A DNA stretch of 64,000 nt, taken from the NCBI GenBank assembly GCA_905178155.1, contig CAJINV010000013.1, forward strand, positions 1,388,392 through 1,452,391. Direction: 5' to 3'. A program made the translations under genes and the position numbers. The stretch's first letter is position 1, and every line of letters begins with the position of its first letter. Under the pieces are notes generated by a model. That model made no database searches. It was not told the DNA's origin and saw only the letters and a program-made list of their open reading frames with translations. The stretch is from Amoebophrya sp. A120. Its lineage: Eukaryota > Protista > Dinoflagellata. Shown here piece after piece: positions 12,001 through 23,422 of the stretch.

Positions 12001-15000
12001 CGTACTTGGCGCGGATCGGGGGGCAGAATCCTGGTGCTCAAAGTAGCAGCAAAAATCATGTGCAAGAGCATAGTCTTCTTTCTTCCGACATCAAGGCGAC
12101 GTACGATCAGCACACTTTGAACAGCAGGATGGAACAGATGACGTTTGACGAGGACACGCTGCAGCCAGGATCGCAATCCTTTATCGTCAACAACCCCGAG
12201 CAAATCGAAGACAACAAATCCTTGGAACTCGCCTGGCAGATCCGACAGGAGAAGGCGGCTTTAGCAGAAAGGGAAAAAGCGGGGTTCTACAGCTCGTCGG
12301 GCACGGAGGACTTCGAGCGGCCTAAATCCGGTGCAGGTGCGAACAAAATAAAGAAAGACAATAAACCGAAAGAGTATGGCGGGTTCTGGTTGAGCAACGT
12401 GCTGAAAGCGCCGAAACTGTTTTTCCGACGGAAAAAATCGGCGAAAGATCCCCTCGTCGCGATGTCTTCCAAGCAGCAGATGGACACGCGTGCGGTGCAA
12501 CGGGCGAATAACGCGGTTTTCGATGGCAAGATCAACGAACTGCGCGAAACGGGCGGGCTGCACACCTCGGTGTTAGTCAAGGAGCACGAGAGAATGTACG
12601 GCGATGTGGGAACTGACAGCAGGCCGGGGAGTTCGGCACAGGGGCAACAGCAAGAACAGCAACAAGTGAATAGCCGTCCGAGCACTACGAGTCCCACAAG
12701 AGGACAGAATCAAACGAACCTTAACCGAGACCGGTTTCACGCGAACGCGTTCTCCAACGCAGCCCTGCCGCCGCCGTTACCATCCCGACAAAACCGCGGA
12801 AATAAGACCGGCGTCAACGCGATTCTGCAGTCCCCCAGCAAGTTCGAGAGGAACCCCTTCGATTTGAAGCGGAAGTCCTTGCGGAAGAAGCGGCAGGACG
12901 GGGGCATCGGCCTGCAACTCGAGGGGGAGCACAACGCCTTTGACAGCGATAGTAACGGGGTCTACTTTGGTGACAACGAGGTGGAAATAAACGACGACGC
13001 GCGGTCGTCTTCCAGCTCTTCCGCGACAGGAAGGCAGTCGATCATGAAACGCACGTCAAACAACGACAGTTTTCCAAACAGCCGCACCGGCAGCAAGCAG
13101 AGCAGCAAGCGGGTCAGGTTCGAGGGCACCGCTTCTGAGGACGAATACCCCATGTCGGATGACGTTGCTTCAGAGCTTTCATCTTCTAACGCGGGGAAAA
13201 ATCCAAATAACGGCGCATCCTCTGCATCCTGTTTTCGTCCGTCGCGGAATAAGTATGAGAAAAACAGTAAAAGAACCAATCGGTACAACGCAAGGACCAC
13301 CGCGGACCGCAATCGATTATGAGATCGTCTGAGCGATTCAAAGTCAAGCGATTCAAAAATTTTTTTTCACATTCCAGGCATTTCCTGAGTCTTGAAAAAA
13401 ACAGCGCCGCTGCTGTGCTGTGCTGCATTTTGCATGTTTTTTTGCCCTCGTCGAAACGTCGCCCAGAAGAGTATCAAACGAAACAGCTAGGCCGATCTCG
13501 ACTTGAGCTCCTTACTTTGGCATATGTGAACGCAATAAAAATAAGGGCAAGGCGAGCGCCTGCATTCATGAACCCGAAGCATCTGCAGAAGCAAGGGCCA
13601 ACAGAGTAGGCGATCCAACAGATGCCTCCCAGGCCCACGCCTTCCACTACTTGGCCCCAAAACGTGGCCGCAACCGCTGTCGGAAATAGCGGCTTCACGT
13701 GAGCGGCGGTTGAGAGGCGACGGGCTATGCACAAAGCAGGGCCGTCCCCAACCGGAGCTAGTCAGAGTGGCGCCAACGCGCGGCCCATTATTCTGCCACC
13801 GCCTAGGTGGCACTGTCTCCTGCGCGGTTTTTCTCGCATACATACACAGAAAAAGGGTGCCTGTGATCGGTGGGGCAGCGTTTGCCGGTCCCCCCACCAG
13901 TGGAAGACCCTCGTCTCTGGCTGGCGGCCTTTTTGTTCGTGGTCCTTTTCTTCTGGCCGCCAAAGCTTATTGGGCAACAGCGCGGGGCTCCGCCTGTATT
14001 TCTTCAGCTTTGGCGCCGTGCATCAGCCGCGTGCCGCCGCGTATCCGCCAAAAACCTGCACAAAAAGACCTGATCGCGGCACTTTTTGAATAGAATGTAA
14101 TGCGGAAAGTGCAAGTTCCACGGTTTTGCAATTTGCCGATTCAAATGAGGTCCTTTTGAATCGCCGAAACCCTCCAAAAAGGACCTCTATCGAGATCCAG
14201 CATACCGTCGTGGTTCCGGCTCTCGGGGGAGGCCAAAAAGGAGGTCCCGGATTGACCCCCTTCAGGAGCCGAAATCGGCCAAGCGCGACGGTATGCTGAA
14301 GAACAATGGAAAATCCCGAATCGCGATGCTATGGCGCCCTCTTTCATAATAGTGACCTTCGCACCTTCGGCACCATGCCCGCCACGCCCATTCCGAGCGC
14401 CGCTACAGGGCTTGCAAAGCCCCGCCAGCAGCTCTGGACCTGCCTGCGACCCCCGGGAAGCCTCTCTTTGCGAGTGGCTCCGCCGGCGCCCTTTCTCGTG
14501 CCAGACGGGGCCCACAACAACGCCCAGCCGCCCTCGCGACTCCCCCCAAAACCGCCCCTGTCGCGAAGCTCATACCCGCGCCCCGGCGACGTCAGTCCAC
14601 CAAGTTGCCCACGACATTGGCCCGCTGGCGGACTTGCCAAGGGGCCAGGCCCCCCAGTGCCATAGCAGCCGTGGGGCGCCTGCGCCCCAAACCCTCGGCG
14701 CCTTGGCCCGCCCCTCTTTGCAGCTACACGGAGGAAACAGCGCACCTGTGCGCCGCGTTTGTTGCTTTTTTTGCTAGCAAAGTAGCCCGCGCGGTCTCCG
14801 TGGACCTGGTCGAGGCTGCCGCAGGTTTACAACCTTTACGCGCGCAGGCCCAATGTAGATAGCTCAAGTTGACGTCGGCCTACATATTAACTTCCATAAG
14901 CCGGTGCCGACATCTCCGCCACTTACCTGAAACTGCTCCGCGCGACGCTGAATCCGGGGGCGTTTTGGGGGCAGTTGATGGGATGCGTTTTAGTTGAAAA

Positions 15001-17177
15001 AAAAATTTTGAATCCGCTAACTTTGAATCGCTGAGTCCATCTCATATCGTTACAACGCAAGGACCACCGCGGACCGCAATCTAGACTACTTCCACAACCG
15101 TTCCGTAGTCCGGCATCCGAAGCCAAATGCGATGCAGAAGTCGGGTACGGCTGGGAGAAAACCTACTGTCCGGAAGTTTGCAGAAGACCACACCAGTAGA
15201 GATACGCAGCTGGAGCTGGAAGCCGGAAGGGCACTGTCCCCGAGGAAGACCAAGAGCTCCACGGAGGGGAGGCACATGTCGCCGGAAAAGATCGGCATTT
15301 CCGGGCTCTCCGCAAAATCCGCTGGCGGGGCCAGTAGTCGGGGAAGCAGTCCGAAGGGGAAGCAGGCACAAGCAAAGCCAAAAGATGCAGCGGCGGAGGC
15401 CAAGAAGGAAGCAAAGAGGAAGGGCGGTGCGGCGGCCGTGAAGGGGTTGGGGAGTCAAGACGATTTGAAGAAATTACTCGGCGAGGATACCGATTCGGAG
15501 GAGGAGGAAGAGGAAGAGTCCGACGAGGGCGGGATGGACGCCCGGCAGCGGAGGAAATTAATTCGCCAGTTGGAAAAGCAGGAGAAGGAGAAGAAATATC
15601 GCAAGATCGAGGGCGACGAAGAGTCCGAATCCGACCACAGTGTGATTTTCGAGCCGGAGGACATTCTCTTGGCCACCGGGCAGCTGCAGTTGAACGCGAT
15701 CAAGGCAGCTGGGTCGTACTGCGAAGTAATGCTCCAGATCGACAAGCGGCGGAAGAAGGCGTTGCTGGAATTTCTCTCGATGCGGAACCCGGACAAGGCG
15801 GACCAAGATTACTACCCGTCCATCGTGCCAACACTGACGGTGATCGTGTTTGTTCAGCCTGCGTTGTTCTTCCCCAGGTTCGCCGAACTAGAGGAGTTTG
15901 AACTCCAGAACGCCGGGGTCGAATCCGACGACGAGGGGGGCGAGGGGAAGGACAAAGACAAGAAGGACGGGGAGGGCAAGGAGGCGTCGAAGGAGGAAAG
16001 CAAGGAGAAAGACAACGAGGGCTCGCCCGGGAAGAAAGCCGTCACGGAAGCGCCGCCGCGGAACACCATCAGTCGGAAGGAATTATTTCAGATCGAGAAC
16101 CCGGACCGACCGCTGGACATGGACAGCGACGACGAAACGATCCCGAAACTGATCACGCTGCCCGACCCGGGGCAAATCTCTGTGCCGATCCACCCGCACC
16201 CGGAATCCGTGGACCGGACGATCGCCATGATCAAGAACCGAACCCTCCGGGACACGGACGTCGCGAACCGGTTCTCGACCCACAACGACGAGTGGCGACA
16301 ACTGCCCGACAACGAAAGAATCGGCTGGGTGCGCCAGGGCTTCATCGAGCGGACGCCCAACCCGCGCAGCGTGATCCACCAGCCGTCCTCCATGTGCTAC
16401 GCGGACCCGCTGAACGAGCCGAAGACGCTGAAGGAGTTCGTGCAGCTCTGCGAGTACGAAGCGGACTACAAGCGGAACAGCAAGCGGTGCTTGAAGAATT
16501 TAGCGCAGACCGGGGAACTGGAGTTGGCGGATGAGCTGCACGAGATCCGGGACGAGGAGTACCTGGAACGGCTGCACAACGCGCGCGAGGAGTACGTCCA
16601 GGCTCTGTTGGAGAAGGATCGGGAGGCGCGGGAGAAAGCGGCGGAAGAGGAGCGGAAGAAACTGATGGCGAAGATGATGATGGGCACCGCGACCATGACG
16701 GGCTTTGACAAAGATAAGAAAGCCGGCGAGATGAAGAAGCACGACGACTCGCAAATTACATCTTCACAAACCACGAGCCAAGAGCAGTCGAAGGAGAAGA
16801 AAGAGGAGTCTCTGGGCTCGCTGGAAGGCTCTTCCCACGTGTACCAGGACTCGCAAGAGTCGAAGGTCACCGTCGACGCGATCCAGGGCGCGCCGGACAT
16901 CACGATCTACGGGGAAAAACTGTCCGACCGGGAGCGGGTTATGAGAAAGGCGAAGCTCCCGTGGGTGGAGAAGAAAGTGGTCAAGGTGGTAGAGGAAGAA
17001 AACATCTTCCCGACCTTCGGCAAAGTGTTCGGCACCGGGCGGTATCAGCGGTCGGAAGACATCGAAATGCTGGAAACGCGAAATCGGTGGGTGCAGTTGG
17101 TGAACCCGCATTCGACGCAGGTAGCGGCGTTGAGAAACATGAAGAAAGGGGGCGGGTCGCCGGCAAGGGGACGGTGA
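1..17177 (+). CDS. Giant multi-exon protein (~4,300 aa in window, 5'-partial) with C2-domain-like segments and long S/E/K-rich low-complexity tracts
   Basis: ORFs 20-367, 2029-3495, 3489-4568, 4675-5835, 6132-13322 and 15132-17177 chain in frame. Joins require removing elements 330-2009, 3322-3582 and 13315-15050 (each plus one direct-repeat copy) and GT-AG introns 4550-4823 and 5785-5988. One unexplained 1-nt frame slip remains at the A6 run 6016-6021. C2-like motifs: NPNPYVV...RTEPLLETKAPCWDLEF...IEFHVYDY and HLYVVATV...PIFNSDFLF...LEFTLYQ. Confidence 0.7.
330..2009. mobile_element. Introner-like TIR element, family A copy 1 (252 bp core plus nested insertion)
   Basis: TIRs TATCAAATGTAAAAATGTCTGGGTCTGGAA / TTCCAGACCCAGACACTTTTGCACAGGATA. 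5-bp TSD GTCCG at 325-329 and 2010-2014. Removal gives in-frame DDGAASAAESDLAEF. Confidence 0.93.
480..1898 (+). mobile_element. Retroposon-like insertion (probably a 5'-truncated non-LTR element) nested in family A copy 1
   Basis: 9-bp direct repeat ATGACAGGC at 471-479 and 1899-1907. 3' (TGA)n tail preceded by a stem-loop TGAGGACGA...TCGTCTCA. Subtracting it leaves a 252-bp element collinear with copy 62893-63144. Confidence 0.8.
3322..3582. mobile_element. Introner-like TIR element, family A copy 2 (261 bp)
   Basis: TATCAACTGCAAAAATGTCTGGGTCTGGAA ... TTCCAGGCCCAGACATTTTTGCATTTGATA. TSD TCAGC at 3317-3321 and 3583-3587. Removal gives in-frame LSTLVS-SGGSLDGV. Confidence 0.95.
13315..15050. 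mobile_element. 1.74 kb TIR element (family B) flanked by a 31-bp direct repeat of exon sequence; in-frame intron
   Basis: ~55-bp imperfect TIRs (GATTATGAGATCGTCTGAGCGATTCAAAGTCAAGCGATTCAAAAATTTTTTTTCA / TGAAAAAAAAATTTTGAATCCGCTAACTTTGAATCGCTGAGTCCATCTCATATC). Perfect direct repeat TACAACGCAAGGACCACCGCGGACCGCAATC at 13284-13314 and 15051-15081, offset 1767 nt = 589 codons. No recognisable internal protein. Confidence 0.88.
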
Positions 17178-18099
17178 GCTGGTGGAGTTGTAAGGTTCTT
17201 CAGTGTTGTACTCCTCGCGATTAATTTGCTGCCGTGCAGAACATTCTGCTGCATCATCATGATCGGTAACGTCTTATTGAATCCCAATGTTTATCTTCAC
17301 AATGTTAATTCACAGACAGCTTTTGCACTTTGCAAAGCTTTTGCTTAGAACTCCAAACTTATCTGAATTCGTTAAACTGAATGTTGCGCTTAGTAAAATT
17401 AAGCTTTGACTGTAGGTCGTACTTTCGCAAAATTGAACCTTAATCCCAAGAAAACTAAAATGTCAAATAAACCGAAGCAGTGGCTCGAGCTCGCAGCGAG
17501 CTGTGTTTCTCAGAACTAAACAGACCTTTTGTTTCAATGCAGATTTCCAAAGTGCTGTGGCAGGTTCGCCTGCACGGTACACTCTAGCGAATTCAAAGAC
17601 AGTCTTTACGTAGCAGGAAATAAAGCAGCGATGGCGATGAGAGTCGGAAACTTCGGAATAACGACCAACCATGCAAATGCCGTTGTGAATAGCAAAACTC
17701 TGACATGGAAAACTCTGTTATGATTCAATGTCGCTTGTTTCTACTTCTAGATCTCTGTGCAAAATGTTTCTCAATAGCTACTTAGCGAGCTCCTGCTGCC
17801 TTTTGCAGCTATGAATGAACTTCTACAACTTGACGTTGCTTGTACAATGTTGCTACGATGAACGGACAAAGTTCAATCTGAGCTTTTTTCCTGCTCTACT
17901 CGCTCGCTTGTATCATTTTCTTCGACCATGAGCATCACACTCGGACTCGTCTCCTTCCGCTTCCGATCTGGAGGAACTGAGATTGAATGATGCAACAATT
18001 ATGTCTGACGAGACTGTTCATCTTCAAAACTTACCAGTCTAAAACTGCCCTTACGTGTTTGCGCAAGAACGAGAACGATTGAATCCGTTGCCCGGGCAG

Positions 18100-21000
18100 G
18101 AGAGAGAGCACGCAGGAGACGAAGAGACGAAATCACCAAGAAGACGAGTGGTTGCGATGAGATGGAGAATGGGACGAGGGCCCTTGATAACCTGAGGTGA
18201 GGCTGTTTCAACAGCGCATGTTACTATATGTGAAATACAACTGCGCACGTAGGTAGCCTGTCAAGAGTGCTGCAGGCACTGTGTAGCACTCTGTCCATGA
18301 CCTGAAAAAAAAAAGGCCGAGGCTGCTACCGGCGATTTCTCGTGTACACATCTCGGAGCACCGCCGCGGGACTTCCTTGCCTCCGGGTTGTATTTGACGC
18401 GCGAGGCCTGTTTGTATTTGCAGTCTTTCAACACCGGCAAGGCTGGCAGAGCTGCATAGCGGACTAGGCTGATGCCTCCGCTGCGCTTAGCTTGCAAGGT
18501 CTCCGCGCTCCCGTAATTTGCCGCGTTCCGCCTTTCTGAAAAGAGACCAGGAGGATAATCAATCGGGTTGCGAAGTACGGAGTAGACCCGGACTCGCTGC
18601 AGGGGCGGAGGCGATGGCCGCGCGCGGCGCCGGTACTCGGGGGGCTCGGCGATGTCCAGGCCGCGGCCGTGGATTGAGAGAGAGAAGAACACCGGGCGGG
18701 CGCAGGTCCCGCCACTTCAGCGCGTCGCAGAATCGGCGCCGCGCCGCTCTTCGGTTTTAATTGCCGCGGCCGCGGGCGGCCGAGCAGTTTGATTCATCCC
18801 CACGAGCGCCAAAGCGCGAAATTTGGCTGAAGCCGGCGGCCCACTAGGGGCATTGCATTTCTTGCGCCCGCCGCGGTCGCGGGCCCAAAAAGACTGGCGC
18901 GCCGGCGGCGGCAGTGACTGTCCGCGCCACGGCTGCGGGGGCAGAGAGTTTGGCCCGCCCGGGTGAGCTACTTCACAGATTGTTTTGGCGGCGCACCTCT
19001 TCGAGTAGGCATCTCGCTCTTGTTCCTGCTTTGGATTATGTCTGGCCGTGATCGACGACAGTTTGGTGCTATCAACTTCACAGTGTGTTCGCGTCGTGCT
19101 TGCCGAGCCCGAGAGCGTGTGCGTCCTCCATTTTCTGTGTGAGGGCTGAGAGACGAACGGCTTTTGTAGTAGGCAGTGACAAAAATAAATTGAGGAGATA
19201 AATAATGAGGGTCGTGGAATGTCCTGCTCGAAAAGCACCTTGTGAGCCCATCAAAATCTCCTTGGCTTGAGTGTCGAGCCAATGTAAGGACTGTAAGCTT
19301 TTGGTTTATGCCCGCCGTCTTTATTGTTCTGCAGTGCGATGTCTGCCCGGGCGCAGGCATTTAGAAAAGGAGAACGAGAGAAGGACGTTACGTAGAGAGC
19401 TTGGCTTGAAGAGTGCGAGAGAGAGTAAGCAACGAGTGAGAGCTAGAGGACCAATGAATCTGGAAAGCTTCATGGTGCCGCAACAGGCCATCTTCTGTTC
19501 TGAGCTTCCATGTTGCACTGAGATGTTTTTGAAAATTTTTCACCCGCTAGTCGACGCCACAGCTGCTCCAAACAAGATGGCAGAGCGTGCCCGCCGAGAC
19601 GAGGCGGTGCGTGTGGTGTCCGAGAAGACTGCGCCATGGGTCGTCTCATACGCCCCGCGGCGAAATCCGCTCGGCTGCGGCGACGTTATGGTCTGGCGGC
19701 GGCAGGCCCCCGCAACTATTGCGAGCACTGCGTCAAGTAGGTGCGGGAAAAGCAGGGGACCGCTGCACCTGAGACCGTCCGCAAAGGCTGCCCAAGCCCG
19801 TGGAAAGAAAGAAAGGAAAGGGCCCCGCAACAGAGGGAAAGGCGCCAGCAGGAGAGGCTCGCGACACGGAGAGGCCAACGAACTGAAGCGCTTTGCCGGC
19901 CGCCCGCAGGCGCCTTCCTTCGTTCTCGGCACGCCCTGCCGCTGTTTGTGGGCGCTAGAGCTGGTAGCCATTGCCCGCAAACCGATAGGGCGACCGGGGC
20001 GCGGCGCCGGTGGATGGGGTGCGCGCCTAGCTTCCGCACGCAGCGCCGGCGCGCCTGGAGCGTCCGCTGCTTTCTTTCGTCGCGCGCCGAATCGCGGGCG
20101 CCGCCGCAGTCCGCGGGACTTGCCCGGGGCGGGCGGCTTCCATCCTAGCTACCGCATTGATTGGGCACGAAGCCCGCAGCCCGGCGCAGCATTTTTTTTG
20201 CCCGCCCTTGTCATGGGCCCAGAGAATTCGCTGCGCCGCCGGCAGTAGTGATTTTTTGCCGTGGCCGCGCCGACACAATGAATGTAGATGGGGCAGCCGC
20301 CCAACGAGAAACTTTTCGGACGCCATCCAGGATCGGATGAACGGCGGGGGTTCATATATCCGTCATTTTCCCTGTTCCGCCCATTTTTGTAGTGACTGAT
20401 AGTTTTTCGCGAGGAAGTGATAGGTCACTACAGAGTGAAAGATATCACGGAGGACATAGTACTGAGAGAGAGGGACGATTGATTCCTTGGCAGGAGTAGA
20501 GAGAGCATGGAGATGAGATCACAAAGACGAGAGACTGCGATGAGATAGAGAATCAATGGGACGAGGACGTTTGAGATCCTCATGAGTGCGCCTAATATCA
20601 TCTTGCCACTTGAACTCTTGTGTAGCTGTAGCAACACTGCGATGTTTCTGCGTGGTTGTGAAGTTCAAGTTCTGCTAACCAACACCTTCCATCTTGCGAG
20701 TCCGCAATAGAGCTTGTGCCCTGCGCTTTCATGTAACAGTGGGATGCTAAGTGATTTGTTTGCCATTGGTTGACACTACAGGCGCTTGCGTTTTTTTCTG
20801 CCAACACCTCGAACCATGGCGGAGCATGCGCGCCGGTTGCCCGTGCGACTGCGCGGGGCGTGTGATGCGTCCTGCGGAGAAATCTTCGCTGCGGAGACGC
20901 TATGACATGGCGGCGGTGGACGTGGGCTCCATGGGCTCCATCACCGTGCACGACGAATATGTGGCGGCCGAAGGCGCGCGGCGCGCGGGCGAATTTGCAA

Positions 21001-21700
21001 AGCTTTAACGCCCCGGCGTTGGTCCGGAAACAGTTCCTGAAGATGCCCCGCCGCCGGATGGGGAGGCTAGTAAATCGCTGCGCGCCGCCCGACGGGGGGG
21101 CGTAGGACCGAGCGCATCGGCGAAGCCCGTGCGGGGCGCGCCTGGCGCAGCTTCCGGGGCCGGCGCCGGCCCGCCTGGGGCGCCGTCCGCTTTGTTCATC
21201 CTTGGCTGCGCGGCGCTTCACGGCCGCGGGCGAAGTCCACGGGACTTACGTACCGGCGGCAGCTTCGGTCCGCCTGCCACTGCACGACGCCGCCTCGCGG
21301 CCCGGTGGTGCCATGTGTTTGCCCGCTGTAGATGTGGCCGCGGGCTCAGAGGGTTGCGCCGGCGGCAACTGATTTTCGTTCCGTGGCCGCGTGGACAGCC
21401 AGCCGAATAGAAGCAGTCAACTTTTCAGTCGTCCTCATGAACGGAACGGCGGGCATTCATATATGCATCCGTCATTTTCTTTGTTTATCCTCGGCGTTCT
21501 GGGCATTGTGATTGTTGTCATGGTAATTGTAGGCAGGTGGCGAGTGACAGTGATAGCTTGATGCCACCTACTCTGCGATCGTGTAGTCATCTTGGTTGTC
21601 GAGCATTTCCACAATCGTGTTGATGAAGTTTTAGAGACGAGCGGCTTCTGTACCGAGTGAGAGATATCATGTTGCAGGAGATACTGAGAGTCGTATGGCC
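18100..21700. repeat. Three diverged ~1.1-1.3 kb tandem units with GC-rich cores; no credible ORF
   Basis: Recurrent blocks: GCGCCGSCGGCRGYAGTGA-like at ~18897, ~20232 and ~21356; GCTGCGGMGACGYTATG at ~19674 and ~20888; AACGGCGGG...TCATATAT..CCGTCATTTTC at ~20340 and ~21445; GCGATGAGAT.GAGAAT...GGGACGAGG at ~18154 and ~20537; GAGACGARCGGCTT.TGTA at ~19150 and ~21634. Boundaries are approximate. Confidence 0.55.
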
Positions 21701-21966
21701 TTTGAAAGCAGGCTCGTGTGAGTCTTCCAGAACCTCTACCCTGTGAGTTCACGAGAATTCCCCTGAATTGAGGCCCACACAGATTCGAACAAGTTGTCTG
21801 AGCGTCATCGTCTTTTTTACTTCGGAATACGACTGCTCAGGCCCCAGCAACCGACATTTATTTCTTCATCAAACAGCAGGATCAGGACTACGAAAACTAG
21901 AGAACAAAGTACGCATGTTTTGACTATTGAGAATAGAGATACACAGGGAAAACACCAAAAAAACCG

Positions 21967-22889
21967 ATGGCGGAGCACGCGAGCGGCTCGCGGGATGTCT
22001 CCAAGGACATGACCCGCGGCGACAGCAAGGCACGGAGATCTTCGTTGGCAAAAGACACCGGGCAGAGCTTGACCGATTTGGCACAGCAAAAGGAATTCAC
22101 GAAGCCAACCTACCTGCTGGAGGTACATATTAATTTTTATTTAAATGCTTTTCTGTGCGACGTGACGAGAGCGATTGGCAAAAAAAGCTCTGTGGTATAG
22201 TAATATGACAACATCGGACTTCGCTGCTATCGCTATGTGAGCACATGCCGACCGCAAAACCTCTAGCAACTCTCACGAATTCAGGTTCTGAACCCGGTTC
22301 TGGAGGCAATGGCATTGCGGTATTTCGAAAAAGACGAGATGGAGCAGTTGCAGACAAGCTACGAGGACACTGTCAAGCAATACATTGCCTGGATCCAGGA
22401 GACACGTATTTTTATTGTGTTGCGTTTTCTGAATAGCAGCAGCAGTTTAAGTTCTTGTCAGACATGTTGTGTGTCCTGCATAACAAACGAGTTGAAATTG
22501 AACATAAACAGAAAATCTCCCACCGCCACCCGAGTACGATTCCGATGAGCCGTCGAAGGAAGAGTTGCAGCGATTGCGCGACAGTATTCTTGATTTTGTG
22601 CTGCCTATGTGTGTTGATCTTGATCCGCATGAATCTGAATGAAGTTTTTCCTCTTTTGTTGGGAAGGCTAGGCAACATCTGCTTTGCGAAACGGAGACAT
22701 CACCGTTACTCAACATGCAAATTTCAACCCCACTATCCAGGTATTTCGGAGCTGAAGCGTAAGTTGGCCGACATCGAAAAGATCGAGGACGCTGCGAAAC
22801 CATCCGACAAGATGAAGTCCACTGTCAGGAGGGTGTCCGCTGCCCGGAGAGTCAGCAAATTGCTCTCCGCCGGAGCGGCGGCGGGCTAG
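21967..22889 (+). CDS. Small 4-exon protein (165 aa) with a possible Dpy-30/RIIa-like docking motif and a coiled coil
   Basis: Exons 21967-22122, 22285-22405, 22512-22583 and 22741-22889, all joined by GT-AG introns with matching phases (498 nt). Reads TYLLEVLNPVLEAMALRYF...EELQRLRDSISELKRKLADIEK. The domain call is a weak visual resemblance. Confidence 0.7.
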
Positions 22890-23422
22890 GCGGGAAGCGG
22901 AAAACACAGGTGTGATCTACTACAGGCGGCAGAAACTTTTCTGAGGCTCACGGAAGTATGGCTGGCAGGGCTGGCGGCAGCTAAGAGTCTTTGCCGCAAT
23001 TGCAAAATTAAAGTCAAAGGAGAAAATGTATGTTGTTACCGTTAGCCTTATCTTTCTTCCGCCGCTGTAAAAGATTTTCTCTGGTGACTACATTGTTATT
23101 GTCGCTGAGAATCTGATGAATTTGAAAAGTTGAGAACATAGAAACTGTTGCACGAGAATTCAGAAGACTCGCAGTGCGCCGGCGAGCAGAACACCCTGAG
23201 AATAAAAAAAGCAACAAGAAATTATAGCACAAAAATGCACAATCGCCATGAATCTTTCCTGGGCAAAGGTCAATTACACTGTTCCAAATTGATACTCGGT
23301 TGCTCCCTCGCGTGCCTTTTTTCAGGAAGGCAGCTTTTCTCCAAGTCGCCTCATCTGCTTGTTTCTGTAAGAGTGAGTAGACTTCACCGTCCGCCCAGAA
23401 TTGGCTCCTTAGCAAGCAAAAC

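Noticed and set aside
13319-15050. Possible transposase within the family B element
   Set aside because: Only short, P/R/A/G-rich ORFs are present, with no DDE, HUH or tyrosine-recombinase motif visible.
13284-15081. 31-bp direct repeats as a CRISPR-like array or LTRs
   Set aside because: There are only two copies 1.77 kb apart, they encode host exon sequence, and there are no cas genes or TG...CA ends.
19271-20248. 325-aa ORF in the GC-rich array
   Set aside because: R/A/G/P-rich composition with no counterpart reading frame in the neighbouring units; likely spurious.
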